A stretch of 64,000 nt of DNA from positions 288,001-352,000 of the forward strand of contig CAWGBN010000006.1 of the NCBI GenBank assembly GCA_963820825.1. The letters run 5' to 3'. Below the pieces are notes generated by a model. That model saw only the letters and a list, made by a program, of their open reading frames with translations, searched no databases and was not told where the DNA came from. Both the position numbers and the translations under genes were made by a program. This stretch comes from Vulcanimicrobiota bacterium (lineage in GTDB: Bacteria > Vulcanimicrobiota > Vulcanimicrobiia > Vulcanimicrobiales > Vulcanimicrobiaceae). The stretch's first letter is position 1; each line of letters opens with the position of its first letter. Below are positions 18,025 to 27,678 of this stretch, in pieces.

Positions 18025-18980
18025 CTGATGACGGCACCGACCGGCTGCGAAATGCCGCCCGCGATCGATCCGAGAACCGTACCGCTGGGATAGGCGTAGA
18101 CCCAAACGTTGCTGTAATCGTAGTCGGGCGCGATGATCGCCATCGACGAGCCGGAGCCGAACAATCCGAACTGAGCGAGCGTCTGCGTCTTGCTCAGCGC
18201 GATGGTGTTTGCGACGGTCGCCGTCGAGCCGCTTACCGTAATTTCGTAAATCTTGGTTTTGGGATCGTATGAATCTCCGAGCAGAAGGCTCGACCCGTTG
18301 GCGAGCAGGCCGCTCGGCACGTTCATGGTGCCGCCGGTCAGGCTCAGGATCGTGAAGCCGGAGCCGCCGTTTGGAAGCTCGCCCAAGACCGCGCGAAACG
18401 AAGTGTCGTAGGCGTCCACGAAAACGTTTCCTTTGCGATCGAACGTGCAGAAGAGCGGCTCGTTCAGACGCGAATCCGAGTATTCCACCGGCGTCGAAGT
18501 CGGCGACGCAAAAACGAGTACGTTCCCCGGCTCGCCGCCGCTCGAATTGCTCAGGTTGGTAACGGCGAGCCGCCCGGTCTTCCGATCGATCGCGCAGCTG
18601 TAGGGCTCGCCGAGCGGGTCGGCGATCACGGCCTTCGGCGTTACGGCGCCATGGGCGTATTCGACGATGGTCCGCGCGTTCGAGTCGGCAATGAAGACGT
18701 CGCCGCGGGGGTCCGCGCAGAGACCGATGGGCGATTGGAAACCGAAGAGCTCGCCTGCGAGCGTAAACGTATCGCCGCCGGGATTGGCGTAGATCGTGAC
18801 GCCGCTGCTTCCGAATTCCGAAACGTAGAGGAGCGTTTCGCGCTGCGCCGCCACCCTCACCCACGATTTTTGGGCCTGAGCCGCAACCGGATCGGTTGCG
18901 GTCGTGGCGGGCATCGACGAGCCACATGCGCATAACGATGCAATCGTTACGGGAACGGCAAAGAAGCGGAACGCAAACAT
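18003..18980 (-). CDS. Beta-propeller (NHL-like) lipoprotein
   Basis: Lipobox-like LCACG; LLYVS, P.GLCADPRGDVFIAD, IVEYAHG, CAID..TG.LAVTN, FCTFD..GNVFVD; GGAG RBS before ATG 18980. Confidence 0.8.
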   Translation of the reverse strand: MFAFRFFAVPVTIASLCACGSSMPATTATDPVAAQAQKSWVRVAAQRETLLYVSEFGSSGVTIYANPGGDTFTLAGELFGFQSPIGLCADPRGDVFIADSNARTIVEYAHGAVTPKAVIADPLGEPYSCAIDRKTGRLAVTNLSNSSGGEPGNVLVFASPTSTPVEYSDSRLNEPLFCTFDRKGNVFVDAYDTSFRAVLGELPNGGSGFTILSLTGGTMNVPSGLLANGSSLLLGDSYDPKTKIYEITVSGSTATVANTIALSKTQTLAQFGLFGSGSSMAIIAPDYDYSNVWVYAYPSGTVLGSIAGGISQPVGAVISQHSPAR

Positions 18981-19017
18981 TTTAAAGACTCCTCCGTCGG
19001 GCGGTGCTGACGTCCGA

Positions 19018-19092
19018 ACCATAGCCGATGGGCGTGCCGCTTGCGTGCCGATCGCGCATTCGCACGCTGACGGCACGCACCGGCCCTACGAT
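19018..19092. promoter_or_regulatory. Divergent promoter pair with SARP-type repeats (site 2)
   Basis: GCGTGCCG at 19032 and 19043; inverted TCGCACGC 19060 and CGGCACGC 19071; -10 boxes TATGGT (minus, 19023-19018) and TACGAT (plus, 19087-19092), each 8 nt from the outer repeat. Confidence 0.72.
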
Positions 19093-19124
19093 TCGGCTAG
19101 ATCACTCTTACGGAGGACCCTTAC

Positions 19125-19568
19125 ATGAACCGCAATAAATGGCTGCCCGTCGCTATTGGTCTGGCAGCGCTCGCCTTTCAGCCTGTCGCCGCTGCTCAGC
19201 CGAAGACCACGGGTCAGGCACTCTCGAGCCTCGCCGGCGTACTCGGGACGTGGCATTGCGTCGACGGTAAAATCACCGAGACCGACACCTACACCCCCCG
19301 GAGCAACGCAATTCTCGATACCGATAGCCGCGGGGGAACGACGGTCATCACGTTCGATGCGAAGCGCCAAAAATGGGTCGTTTTTGCCGTCGGCTCGGAT
19401 GGCTACAGCACCTCGGAGGCTACCGTAAACCCTGCGAACTCGGATCGAGCGACGTTTTTCGTCGTCTACCCGCGCGCCTCCAGCAAACCGTTTATCGTCA
19501 GCGGTCCGTTCGGCCACGAGGCCAATGCCAAGATGACCGTCGGAACGATGAGCTGTACGAAGATATGA
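19125..19568 (+). CDS. Hypothetical exported protein
   Basis: GGAGG RBS, signal peptide, GTWHC start of a beta-rich domain with a second Cys near the C-terminus. Confidence 0.7.
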   Translation: MNRNKWLPVAIGLAALAFQPVAAAQPKTTGQALSSLAGVLGTWHCVDGKITETDTYTPRSNAILDTDSRGGTTVITFDAKRQKWVVFAVGSDGYSTSEATVNPANSDRATFFVVYPRASSKPFIVSGPFGHEANAKMTVGTMSCTKI

Positions 19569-19571
19569 CGT

Positions 19572-20942
19572 CTAGGCCGACGGGTTCGCCCAGCCGCCCG
19601 GCGGTGTGACCTGCGCGACTTGCGCCGGGCCCCAGGTGCCGGGCTCGTAGGGATAGACGGGCGTCGAGGCTTTGAGCATGGGATCGACGATTCGCCAAGC
19701 CTCTTCGACGTAATCTTGGCGCGCGAAGAGCGTTGAGTCGCCTTGCATCGCGTCGTAGAGCAGCCGCTCGTATGCATTCTCCTCATCGAGCGCGCTGGGG
19801 TGGCGGCTCACGGTCAGCTCGGTCGGCATCGCCGCGGCGTCGCTCTTGGGCGACATAATGGTGAGCCCGATTGCCATTGCGACGTCGGGACTCAGTTCGA
19901 TGCGGACGTGGTTCTGCGTGACCGGGTCGATCTGATAGATTCGCGGCGGTTTGCGAAGGCGGACAACGAGTTCGAGCCCCGTAACCGGAAGATTCTTCCC
20001 GGCACGAATGTAAAACGGAACGCCCTTCCAGCGCCACGAGTTGACCCACAGCCGCAACGCTGCAAACGTCTCCGTTTTGGAATCCGCTGCGACGCCCTCT
20101 TCGCTCAGGTAGCCCGTGAACTGGCCGCGAACGACGTCGGAGACCTCGATCGCGGGAACGGCTTCGAGTACTTTGACCTTCTCGTTGCGGATCGGCTCGC
20201 TATCGGAACGCGCCGGCGGGTCCATCGCGAGGTTGGAGAGCACCTGAAACATGTGGTTTTCGATTACGTCGCGGATCGCTCCGGTCGCGTCGTAAAAACT
20301 GCCGCGCCCTTGTACGCCGAAGTTCTCCGCCATCGTGATTTGCACGCTCTCGACGAACTCGTGATTCCAAAACGATTCGAGCAGCGGATTCGAGAACCGG
20401 AAGAAGAGCAAGTTATGGATCGGGCGTTTCCCAAGGTAGTGATCGATGCGGAAGATCGCCGATTCGTCGAAGTTCGAGTGCAGGATGCGATTGAGCTCCT
20501 GCGCTGAGGCCAAATCGTGGCCGAACGGCTTTTCGACGATGACGCGCGCCCCGTTCGCACAATCGGATTTACCGAGTTGCTCGACGACCGTCTCGAAGAG
20601 CGATGGGGGTATTGCCAGATAGTGCGCCGGGCGCTTCGCATTGCCGAGCGTCTTGCGCAGGGTATCGAAGGTGGCGGGGTCGGCGTAATCGCCGTCGACG
20701 TATTGAAGCAGCGACATGAGCTTGTCGAAAGCCGCGGCGTCGAGTCCGCCGTGCTCGGTCACGCTGTCGCGTGCGCGCTTCTTGAGCTGGTCCAGGTTCC
20801 AGCCGGCCTTCGCGACGCCGATGACCGGGACGTCGAGCTTACCGTGCTCGATCATCGCTTGGAGCGCGGGGAAGATCATCTTATAAGCGAGGTCTCCGGT
20901 CGCTCCAAAGAAGACCAGTGCGTCGGAAGGTTGAGCGGGCAT
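19572..20942 (-). CDS. zwf: Glucose-6-phosphate 1-dehydrogenase
   Basis: [39 protein letters not shown]. Confidence 0.97.
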   Translation of the reverse strand: MPAQPSDALVFFGATGDLAYKMIFPALQAMIEHGKLDVPVIGVAKAGWNLDQLKKRARDSVTEHGGLDAAAFDKLMSLLQYVDGDYADPATFDTLRKTLGNAKRPAHYLAIPPSLFETVVEQLGKSDCANGARVIVEKPFGHDLASAQELNRILHSNFDESAIFRIDHYLGKRPIHNLLFFRFSNPLLESFWNHEFVESVQITMAENFGVQGRGSFYDATGAIRDVIENHMFQVLSNLAMDPPARSDSEPIRNEKVKVLEAVPAIEVSDVVRGQFTGYLSEEGVAADSKTETFAALRLWVNSWRWKGVPFYIRAGKNLPVTGLELVVRLRKPPRIYQIDPVTQNHVRIELSPDVAMAIGLTIMSPKSDAAAMPTELTVSRHPSALDEENAYERLLYDAMQGDSTLFARQDYVEEAWRIVDPMLKASTPVYPYEPGTWGPAQVAQVTPPGGWANPSA

Positions 20943-21950
20943 CTACTTCTGTTCCAAGTGGCCGCCGAACTCGTATCGCATCGCCGAGAGGATCTTGTCG
21001 GCAAACTCGGCATCGCCACGCGAGCTGAAGCGTTCGTACAATGCGGTCGTTAGGACCGGCGCGGGGATCGCTTCGTCGATCGCGGCCTTGATCGTCCAGC
21101 GCCCCTCGCCCGAATCCGAGACGCGCCCTTCGAACTTCGTGAGCTGCGGATCTTGGACGAAAGCGGCGGCGGTCAGGTCGAGCAGCCACGATGCGATAAC
21201 GCTTCCTCGCCGCCACACCTCGGTGATATCGGCAAGGTTGAGATCGTACTGATAGTTCTCCGGGTCGCGCAGCGGCGTCGATTCGGCGCTGGCAACCTGT
21301 TTCTGCTTGCCGACGTTTGCCGAGCGTAAGATGTTCAATCCCTCGGCGTACGACGCCATGATGCCGTACTCGATTCCGTTGTGGACCATCTTCACGAAGT
21401 GGCCCGCGCCGCTGGGACCGCAGTGCAGATATCCCAACTCCGAGGTGCCGCCGATCTTCTCGCGGCCGGGCGTTCGCGGAATCTCGCCGCGCCCCGGCGC
21501 CAGCGCCAAGAAGATGGGGTCGAGCCGCTTCACCGCCTCGTCCGGTCCTCCGATCATCATGCAGTAGCCACGCTCCAGCCCCCAGACGCCGCCGCTCGTG
21601 CCGACGTCGAGGAAGTCGATGCCGGCGGGCTTGAGCGCGGCTGCGTGGCGCAGGTCGTCGATGTAGTAAGAGTTTCCGCCGTCGACGATTGCGTCGCCGC
21701 GCTCCAGCAATGGTGCGAGCTCACCGATGCTCGCGTCGACCACGGCGGCCGGTACCATGAGCCAGACCGCGCGCGGCTTTTCGAGCTTCTGCACGAACTC
21801 CGCAAGCGAAGCGGCTCCGATCGCGCCGTCGGCGGCCAGTTCTTTCACCGCATCGGCGTTGCGATCGTAGACGACGCAGGTGTGTCCGGCACGCATCAGG
21901 CGGCGGACCATATTGGCTCCCATTCGGCCGAGGCCGATCATCCCGAGCAC
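20943..21950 (-). CDS. gnd: 6-phosphogluconate dehydrogenase, decarboxylating (short YqeC-like type)
   Basis: [49 protein letters not shown]. Confidence 0.95.
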   Translation of the reverse strand: MLGMIGLGRMGANMVRRLMRAGHTCVVYDRNADAVKELAADGAIGAASLAEFVQKLEKPRAVWLMVPAAVVDASIGELAPLLERGDAIVDGGNSYYIDDLRHAAALKPAGIDFLDVGTSGGVWGLERGYCMMIGGPDEAVKRLDPIFLALAPGRGEIPRTPGREKIGGTSELGYLHCGPSGAGHFVKMVHNGIEYGIMASYAEGLNILRSANVGKQKQVASAESTPLRDPENYQYDLNLADITEVWRRGSVIASWLLDLTAAAFVQDPQLTKFEGRVSDSGEGRWTIKAAIDEAIPAPVLTTALYERFSSRGDAEFADKILSAMRYEFGGHLEQK

Positions 21951-22133
21951 TGCTTAAAGCCCTCCATCTCGACGATAACGCTGCCGCCTGTACCGCGGGC
22001 TGTTAGTATTATCATGATTCCGATGAAATCCTAGATACGAGACGGTGCACGATCCGATGATGTGAGAAGGCGATGGAATTCTTGGGAAAGAAGCCCAGAG
22101 CGAAACGTTATTACAGTCCAGCGGGAGAGAACA

Positions 22134-22742
22134 GTGTACAAGTTGCCCCTAATTGCCTTCGTTGCCCTCGCATTGGCAAGCTGCGCCGGAGGCGCAAAGC
22201 AGTCCGCGCAAAACGCAGTCCCCGGCACGTACCGAGTTCTGCTCGATACGACCGAAGGACCGGTCGTGATCGACGTCGATCGCAGCCTCGCGCCGAATGG
22301 GGCCCAGCGCTTCTACGAGTTGGTGAAGGCGAAATATTTTGACGGCTCACGCTTCTACCGCGTCGTTCCGGGTTTCGTCGTCCAATGGGGCGCAGCCGCG
22401 AATCCCGTCGTGACGAAGAAGTGGGACGTGACGATTCCCGACGATCCGGTAAAGGCGTCGAACACGCGGGGAACGGTAGCGTTTGCGGCAACCGGCCAGC
22501 CGAATAGCCGCACCACGCACCTCTTTATCAATCTCGGTGACAACGCAAAGCTCGACGCGATGGGCTTCGCACCGATCGGCCGGGTTACGAGCGGAATGGA
22601 TGCCGTCGATAAAATCTACCCGGGCTACGGCGAAGCTCCCGATCAAGGGATGATCGGCGATCAGGGCAATGCGTATCTATTGAAATCGTTTCCACGACTC
22701 GATTACATCAAGACCGCGCGAGTCGTTAACGGGTCGCATTAA
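22134..22742 (+). CDS. Cyclophilin-type peptidyl-prolyl isomerase lipoprotein
   Basis: Lipobox LASC; FYRVVPGFVVQWG, SNTRGTVAFA, RTTHLFINLGDN. Confidence 0.9.
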   Translation: MYKLPLIAFVALALASCAGGAKQSAQNAVPGTYRVLLDTTEGPVVIDVDRSLAPNGAQRFYELVKAKYFDGSRFYRVVPGFVVQWGAAANPVVTKKWDVTIPDDPVKASNTRGTVAFAATGQPNSRTTHLFINLGDNAKLDAMGFAPIGRVTSGMDAVDKIYPGYGEAPDQGMIGDQGNAYLLKSFPRLDYIKTARVVNGSH

Positions 22743-22751
22743 CCCCGGGGT

Positions 22752-23114
22752 TTACCCTTCGCCATTTCTCAGCGCCAAGCGGAAGCGCGCGATCGCCCTC
22801 GAGTCATCGAGCCGTGCCGCCAAGCCGTGGACGACGTTCTTCTCGAGCAAACCGATGAGCACGAGCCGAAGCTCCGCCGAGCCCGGCCTCGAGACCACGC
22901 AGTCGCCGGTGAAACGGGACGCGGGATCGATGCTGAACCTCCCCGCATAGTGCAGGCCGAAGTAGCCGCCTTCAAAGCGGCCGAGTTCCAGCACCACGAT
23001 GCCCGCGTACGCCAGTCTATCGTCGAGGTTTGCGAACTCGATCGTATACGCTCCATCGCGCACGGCATGTCTATACCCAAACGGACGCGCCGCTCGCGGC
23101 GACCTTGTTTTCAT
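22752..23114 (-). CDS. Hypothetical protein
   Basis: Fills the gap between convergent and divergent neighbours; beta-rich composition. Confidence 0.5.
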   Translation of the reverse strand: MKTRSPRAARPFGYRHAVRDGAYTIEFANLDDRLAYAGIVVLELGRFEGGYFGLHYAGRFSIDPASRFTGDCVVSRPGSAELRLVLIGLLEKNVVHGLAARLDDSRAIARFRLALRNGEG

Positions 23115-23158
23115 TCGGTGCAGGTTGGGTACGCTCTCGGCGACCAGGAGGTAAGATC

Positions 23159-23398
23159 GTGAGCAAAGATACGCTCGACAAAGCGGCCGACACCATCAAG
23201 CGAACCACCGACAACGTCAAGGATACGATTCACGAAGGGGAGCACCGTACTGCGGCCGAGGCCGAGCGCGCTCGAAGGGAGAGTTTGGGCGACGAGATGA
23301 CCGGTGGCGAAAAGGCGAAGTCGGTTTTGAACGAGGCAAAGCATCGCACGCAAGCCGAGATCGATGCGGCCAAGCGCGAAGTCAGAAATCGCACCTGA
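23159..23398 (+). CDS. Small hydrophilic (CsbD/LEA-like) protein
   Basis: AGGAGG RBS, GTG 23159, highly charged helical sequence. Confidence 0.7.
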   Translation: MSKDTLDKAADTIKRTTDNVKDTIHEGEHRTAAEAERARRESLGDEMTGGEKAKSVLNEAKHRTQAEIDAAKREVRNRT

Positions 23399-23416
23399 AG
23401 GCATCGTGATCGAAGC

Positions 23417-23449
23417 AAACGGCGCGCCGCATCAGCGACGCGCCGTTTT
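23417..23449. terminator. Probable bidirectional terminator
   Basis: AAACGGCGCG..CGCGCCGTTTT stem between convergent genes. Confidence 0.6.
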
Positions 23450-23464
23450 ACCATAGAGTCGGAT

Positions 23465-24754
23465 CTACGGACCGGGACCGAACTCCGCCGTGAACAAATA
23501 GACGCCATCTTCGGGAACGCAGTTCACGAGGCGGGGCGTATACGTCGATTCCTCGGCAGCCTTGAGCACGGCCCGATCCAGGTTGGCGTTGCCACTCGAG
23601 TGATAGACTCGAGCGCCTGCGGCCTTCCCGTTAGCGCCGACTTTGACGGCAACGATCGCCGAAACCTTATGCGTCGGCCACTCCGATTTCGGCAGGTGGG
23701 GCTCCGCGGGGTTGAGTGCTTGCGGCTCGGCGTTTGGATCTTTGCATGATACTGCAACGGTAGCCGCACCGTTCGTAGTAAGGGCATTGGCTCGCACCGG
23801 CACGGGAGCAAGACTCTGCAAGGCGACGGTCATGGCGACAAAGAGCATCGTAATCCCTCCAACGGCAGCGTAGTTGAGCTTGGCATCGGTCGGCGAACGG
23901 TCGGCCATGAGGCGCTCGATCCGGGTGACCAGCGAATGCCGTGAACCGAGCGCGCTCGGCGTCAGAAGCGGCGTGGCCGGCTCGTGGATGCGACGACCGA
24001 GCTGGGCGAGGCAGTTCGCGTAAGCGTGCGGCTCGCCAAGGCGTCCAACGGCCCAATCGTCGCAGGCGGCTTCGCGTTCGGCGGCGAGCCGACGGCCTAC
24101 GAAGTAGATCCACGGATTCCAAAAGAACGCGGCTTCGAGAAGTCGTTCCAATGCATTGGTCGTAACGTCACCGCGGCGAACGTGCGCCAGCTCGTGTTCG
24201 ATCGTGCATTGGAGATCTGCGGGCGAGAGCGCCTCCAGCAACTCGACCGGAATTGAAATTGCCGGCGCGAGTATACCGGCTGCGATCGGCATCGATAGAT
24301 CGCTCGAGGCAAGAACCGGGACGCGGTCGACCTGGGAAACGAGCTGTGCGCCATGCCGGAGCCGCGCGATGCGCGAGTAGCTCACCGATAAGCGTGCAAG
24401 GGCGAGCGCCGTTCCGGCGATCCAGAACGCAGTAATCGACCAAACGATGCTCGGGGCGCCGAGTATCGACGGTAACGCAAGCCGGCTCGCGTTTTGCTCG
24501 AGGGGACCGAAGGGGAGCAGCGAGAATGCGGGGCGACCGAATGGCGCGCCGTGCTCGAGCGCTGCAAAAATCGGCAAATGCCAATGGACGGTCGTCGACA
24601 GCAGCGGTACGGCGGCGAGCGAGAGTGCCGTTACGAACCATGCGGCGTAACGGGTCGCGGCGTTTCGCACGGGGACGAAGTGCAGCGTTAGGACGGTCAC
24701 GCCGGCGATGAGGGCGCCCTGCCAGAGTGCGCTTATGATGAAGGAGAGGATCAT
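23465..24754 (-). CDS. BlaR1/M56 metallopeptidase with C-terminal TonB_C-like domain
   Basis: TM segments, HELAHVRRGD, FFWNP, EAACD; C-terminal V.V..NG..V..SSG..LD.A..AA..Y.P. Confidence 0.9.
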   Translation of the reverse strand: MILSFIISALWQGALIAGVTVLTLHFVPVRNAATRYAAWFVTALSLAAVPLLSTTVHWHLPIFAALEHGAPFGRPAFSLLPFGPLEQNASRLALPSILGAPSIVWSITAFWIAGTALALARLSVSYSRIARLRHGAQLVSQVDRVPVLASSDLSMPIAAGILAPAISIPVELLEALSPADLQCTIEHELAHVRRGDVTTNALERLLEAAFFWNPWIYFVGRRLAAEREAACDDWAVGRLGEPHAYANCLAQLGRRIHEPATPLLTPSALGSRHSLVTRIERLMADRSPTDAKLNYAAVGGITMLFVAMTVALQSLAPVPVRANALTTNGAATVAVSCKDPNAEPQALNPAEPHLPKSEWPTHKVSAIVAVKVGANGKAAGARVYHSSGNANLDRAVLKAAEESTYTPRLVNCVPEDGVYLFTAEFGPGP

Positions 24755-25137
24755 CGCGAGGCCTTTCGCTTACGGGAGAGCGCCTTTTGAATGCGCGCGA
24801 GATCGTCGTCGTCCAGCTTCTTGTCGTCGAGCAGCCGCAACGCGAGCTGGCCGGGCGAGTCTCCGAAGAATCGCCGCAGGAGGTGGCGCATTGCGGAATC
24901 CGCCGCTTGGCTCTGGGCAACGATCGGACGATAGATGAAGGCCCGGCCGTCCTCTTCGTGCGCGACGTAGCCTTTCTGCTCGAGGGTTCGCAGCGTCGTA
25001 AGAACGGTATTGTAGGCAAGCGGCGGTCTTCCGACTCGATCGGTCACTTCGGCGACGGTCGCGAGGCCGGCGCTCCAGAGCACGTCCATCAGCCGCAGTT
25101 CGTGATCGGTTAGTACCGGCGAGCGCTTACGCGACAT
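24751..25137 (-). CDS. BlaI/MecI/CopY-family repressor
   Basis: LTDHELRLMDVLW, LAYNTVLTTLRTLEQKGYV, GRAFIY; overlaps the M56 gene by 4 nt. Confidence 0.92.
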   Translation of the reverse strand: MSRKRSPVLTDHELRLMDVLWSAGLATVAEVTDRVGRPPLAYNTVLTTLRTLEQKGYVAHEEDGRAFIYRPIVAQSQAADSAMRHLLRRFFGDSPGQLALRLLDDKKLDDDDLARIQKALSRKRKASR

Positions 25138-25210
25138 CGAGCGACGGCACTTCAACTAGATTCATAGGTGTAAAGCCTACACCCACACCGCGCTCCTGTC
25201 AACTAGATTT

Positions 25211-26113
25211 CTAATAGTTTCGTTCCAGCGCGGCGCGGTCCCAGCCCGCGCGATCGGCAGCCGCCTCGTACGCGCTGGAAAAGAAATCGAGAATGCACTT
25301 GTCGGGATCTCCGGAGGTGCGCGCCGCTTCGTACGGCAGCAAGAACTCTCGAAGTTGATCGTTCCAAGCGGCCATCTCCGGTCGAATCGGCTCTTGTGCC
25401 AAACTCGGCGGAATGGGATAGATGTAGGCGTAGAGCATCGCGTCGAGGCCGAAACCGCCCGGCCAGAATCCGACGCTGAAGACTTCGCGCGAGTAGGCTT
25501 CGCGCGTTACCCAGTCGGGCAGGTTGGGGAAGCCGCCGGGATGCGGCGGTGCCGGCCTGCCCGAGAAGAGCGACGTGGCCAGATCGAAGCTGCCCCAAAA
25601 GAAGTGCGCCGGGCTCGCCTTGCCAAGAAATCCGGCACGAAAGATCTCGCTCGTGGCGGCGACTCGCAAGAGCACGCGCCAGAATCGCTGCGCGTACTCG
25701 GGGTCGTACGAGTGATGAACCGTGTCCTCGTCGAGCGGGATCGCCTCGGTAACTTCGTTCGGCTTGGTGTTGATCGCGATCGCGATGTCGAGTTCCGCGA
25801 GACTCTCCATCACGCCCGCATAGAACGCCGCGACGGTCATCGGCTCGAGCGCAAAAGCGGTACGCCCACCTTGCGAATCCTCGATGCGCAACTGTTGATC
25901 GATGAAGTCGAAGAGGATCTCGAAGGCGCGCGATTGGTAGGGCATCGCCGACGTGGTGAGGCCTCGTGCCGACGGATAGAGCGTGACGGCCCACCAGTGG
26001 TTCACCAGCGGTTCTCGTTTGAGCCGGATCTTGCCGACGATCTGCGTCCAGAGCTGGAGCGTCGTCAGCGTATCCTTCCAATCGTCGTAATGCAGCTCGG
26101 GCCAGGCTTCCAT
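25211..26113 (-). CDS. DUF5996-like conserved protein
   Basis: WP.L..W.DT..TL.LWTQIVGKIRL..NHWW, GK.SP.HFFWGSFDLA, EAYS.E..S.GFWPG. Confidence 0.8.
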   Translation of the reverse strand: MEAWPELHYDDWKDTLTTLQLWTQIVGKIRLKREPLVNHWWAVTLYPSARGLTTSAMPYQSRAFEILFDFIDQQLRIEDSQGGRTAFALEPMTVAAFYAGVMESLAELDIAIAINTKPNEVTEAIPLDEDTVHHSYDPEYAQRFWRVLLRVAATSEIFRAGFLGKASPAHFFWGSFDLATSLFSGRPAPPHPGGFPNLPDWVTREAYSREVFSVGFWPGGFGLDAMLYAYIYPIPPSLAQEPIRPEMAAWNDQLREFLLPYEAARTSGDPDKCILDFFSSAYEAAADRAGWDRAALERNY

Positions 26114-27370
26114 CTACAACCTCCGTTCGGCGCTTCGCACGTTCGTAATAACGGCCGCGCTTCCAAGCAACGCCGGGATGATTCCGAGCGCCGCGAGCGC
26201 CGCCAGCCCGCGCCACGCGGCGACGAAGCCGTGCGCCTCGGCGATCGCGCCGAAGATCGGCGGCGTCAATACCGCGGCGAGCAGCGTCCACGTGAGCCCG
26301 ACGCCGAGCGCGCTTCCCGAGTGCTCTTCGCCGCCGATCTCGGCAAAACCGATCACGCTCACTCCCAGCCATCCTTCAGCGGTGAAGCCGAGAACGATCG
26401 CGAGCGTTGCCGCCAGCCAGAGCGGCGTCGTGAGGCCGACGCCGGCGACGCCGAGCGCCACGAAGGCGACGAGCACGCAGACGACCGCGAGCGGCAAGGT
26501 TCGGCTTCCGCCAAAAATGTGATCGCTTATCCATCCCCAGGCAAGGCGTCCGGCGATCGCGGCGACTTGCGAGAGCGTAAAGAGCGCCACTGCCAAGGCG
26601 ACGCCGTAGCCACAGACGTGCACGAAGGTGAGCGTCAAGAAGCCCATCAGCGCGAACTGCGTGCAGATCAGGATCATCGAAGTAATCGTCAGCAAGATGA
26701 GGCGTCCCTCGCGTGCGATCGATACCATCTCGACGAGCATCGCACGAATCGAAATACGTTCGCCTTGCAGCTCGCGCGGCTCGCGATAGAGTGCCGACGC
26801 GATCCAGCACGCGCCGAGGGTGAGAATTCCCGCCGCGAGCAGCGCGCCGCGGTACTCAAAGCGCAGCGCTATCGCCGGCAGCAGCACCGAACCGATTGCG
26901 CCGGCGAGCGGAACTCCGCACTGGCGCACGCCCATCGCCAAACCGCGGTCGGCCTTCTTGAAGAAAAAGATGATCGCATGGCTCCCTGCCGGCGTCACCG
27001 CCGCGTAGCCGATCCCGTACATCAGCAGCCAAAAAAGGAGCCATGAATAGCTCTGCACCGTCGATGCGGCGATCAACGAAAGGCCCATGAAGACGCCGCT
27101 CCATAAGACGATCGCTTTATCGCCGAAACGATCGGTGAGCAGGCCCGCGACCGACGTCATCGCGACCGATCCAAGCATTTGAATCGAGAGTATGAGACCG
27201 AGCTGCGTCTGTCCGAGGTGGAGAGCCGAGGCGAAGAAGGTCATGAGCGAACCGGTGCCCACGATAAAGATCGACGCACCCACCATCGCGCCGGTGAAGA
27301 GCGCGAGCACTTCGTAGGGCGATTCGGGGATCGGATTATGGGGACGCGGGCGCCGCGTATGAGGGTGCAT
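26114..27370 (-). CDS. MFS transporter
   Basis: About 12 TM segments, GLLTDRFGDK, RGLAMGVRQ, GR..WG.ISD. Confidence 0.88.
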   Translation of the reverse strand: MHPHTRRPRPHNPIPESPYEVLALFTGAMVGASIFIVGTGSLMTFFASALHLGQTQLGLILSIQMLGSVAMTSVAGLLTDRFGDKAIVLWSGVFMGLSLIAASTVQSYSWLLFWLLMYGIGYAAVTPAGSHAIIFFFKKADRGLAMGVRQCGVPLAGAIGSVLLPAIALRFEYRGALLAAGILTLGACWIASALYREPRELQGERISIRAMLVEMVSIAREGRLILLTITSMILICTQFALMGFLTLTFVHVCGYGVALAVALFTLSQVAAIAGRLAWGWISDHIFGGSRTLPLAVVCVLVAFVALGVAGVGLTTPLWLAATLAIVLGFTAEGWLGVSVIGFAEIGGEEHSGSALGVGLTWTLLAAVLTPPIFGAIAEAHGFVAAWRGLAALAALGIIPALLGSAAVITNVRSAERRL

Positions 27371-27393
27371 CGTCCTGAGGGTTTCTTCGCCCG

Positions 27394-27675
27394 ATGGCGG
27401 CGAAGCTGCCGGATGTGAACCGTCGTGACGAGCGCGCTCGTTATCTGGCGCTCTTCCTGATCGCGGCGCCGAGCGCGGCCATCGTCTGGTACGTCTTCCA
27501 CCTGGTCTACCAGAATCTGACCGCCACGGTGAAGGCGATCGGATACGTCGACTCGACGACGCAGGTCGGGATCGGGTTGGGCTACGTCGCGATGGTCGGC
27601 GGGACGCTCGTTCTTGCGGGGCTCGCTGCCTGGTCGGGGATCACCTATTTGATTATGCTTCGCCGCGACCGGTAA
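27394..27675 (+). CDS. Small membrane protein
   Basis: Two hydrophobic segments; 3 nt before the next gene. Confidence 0.6.
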   Translation: MAAKLPDVNRRDERARYLALFLIAAPSAAIVWYVFHLVYQNLTATVKAIGYVDSTTQVGIGLGYVAMVGGTLVLAGLAAWSGITYLIMLRRDR

Positions 27676-27678
27676 TCG

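Noticed and set aside
3274..19568. Genomic island integrated at tRNA-Leu
   Set aside because: No integrase and no duplicated tRNA 3' end seen; composition resembles the rest of the window.
25355..27046. Long antisense ORFs (also 44670-46172, 48074-49627, 61064-62797 and others)
   Set aside because: Arg/Ala-rich shadow frames of well-supported genes, typical of high-GC DNA.
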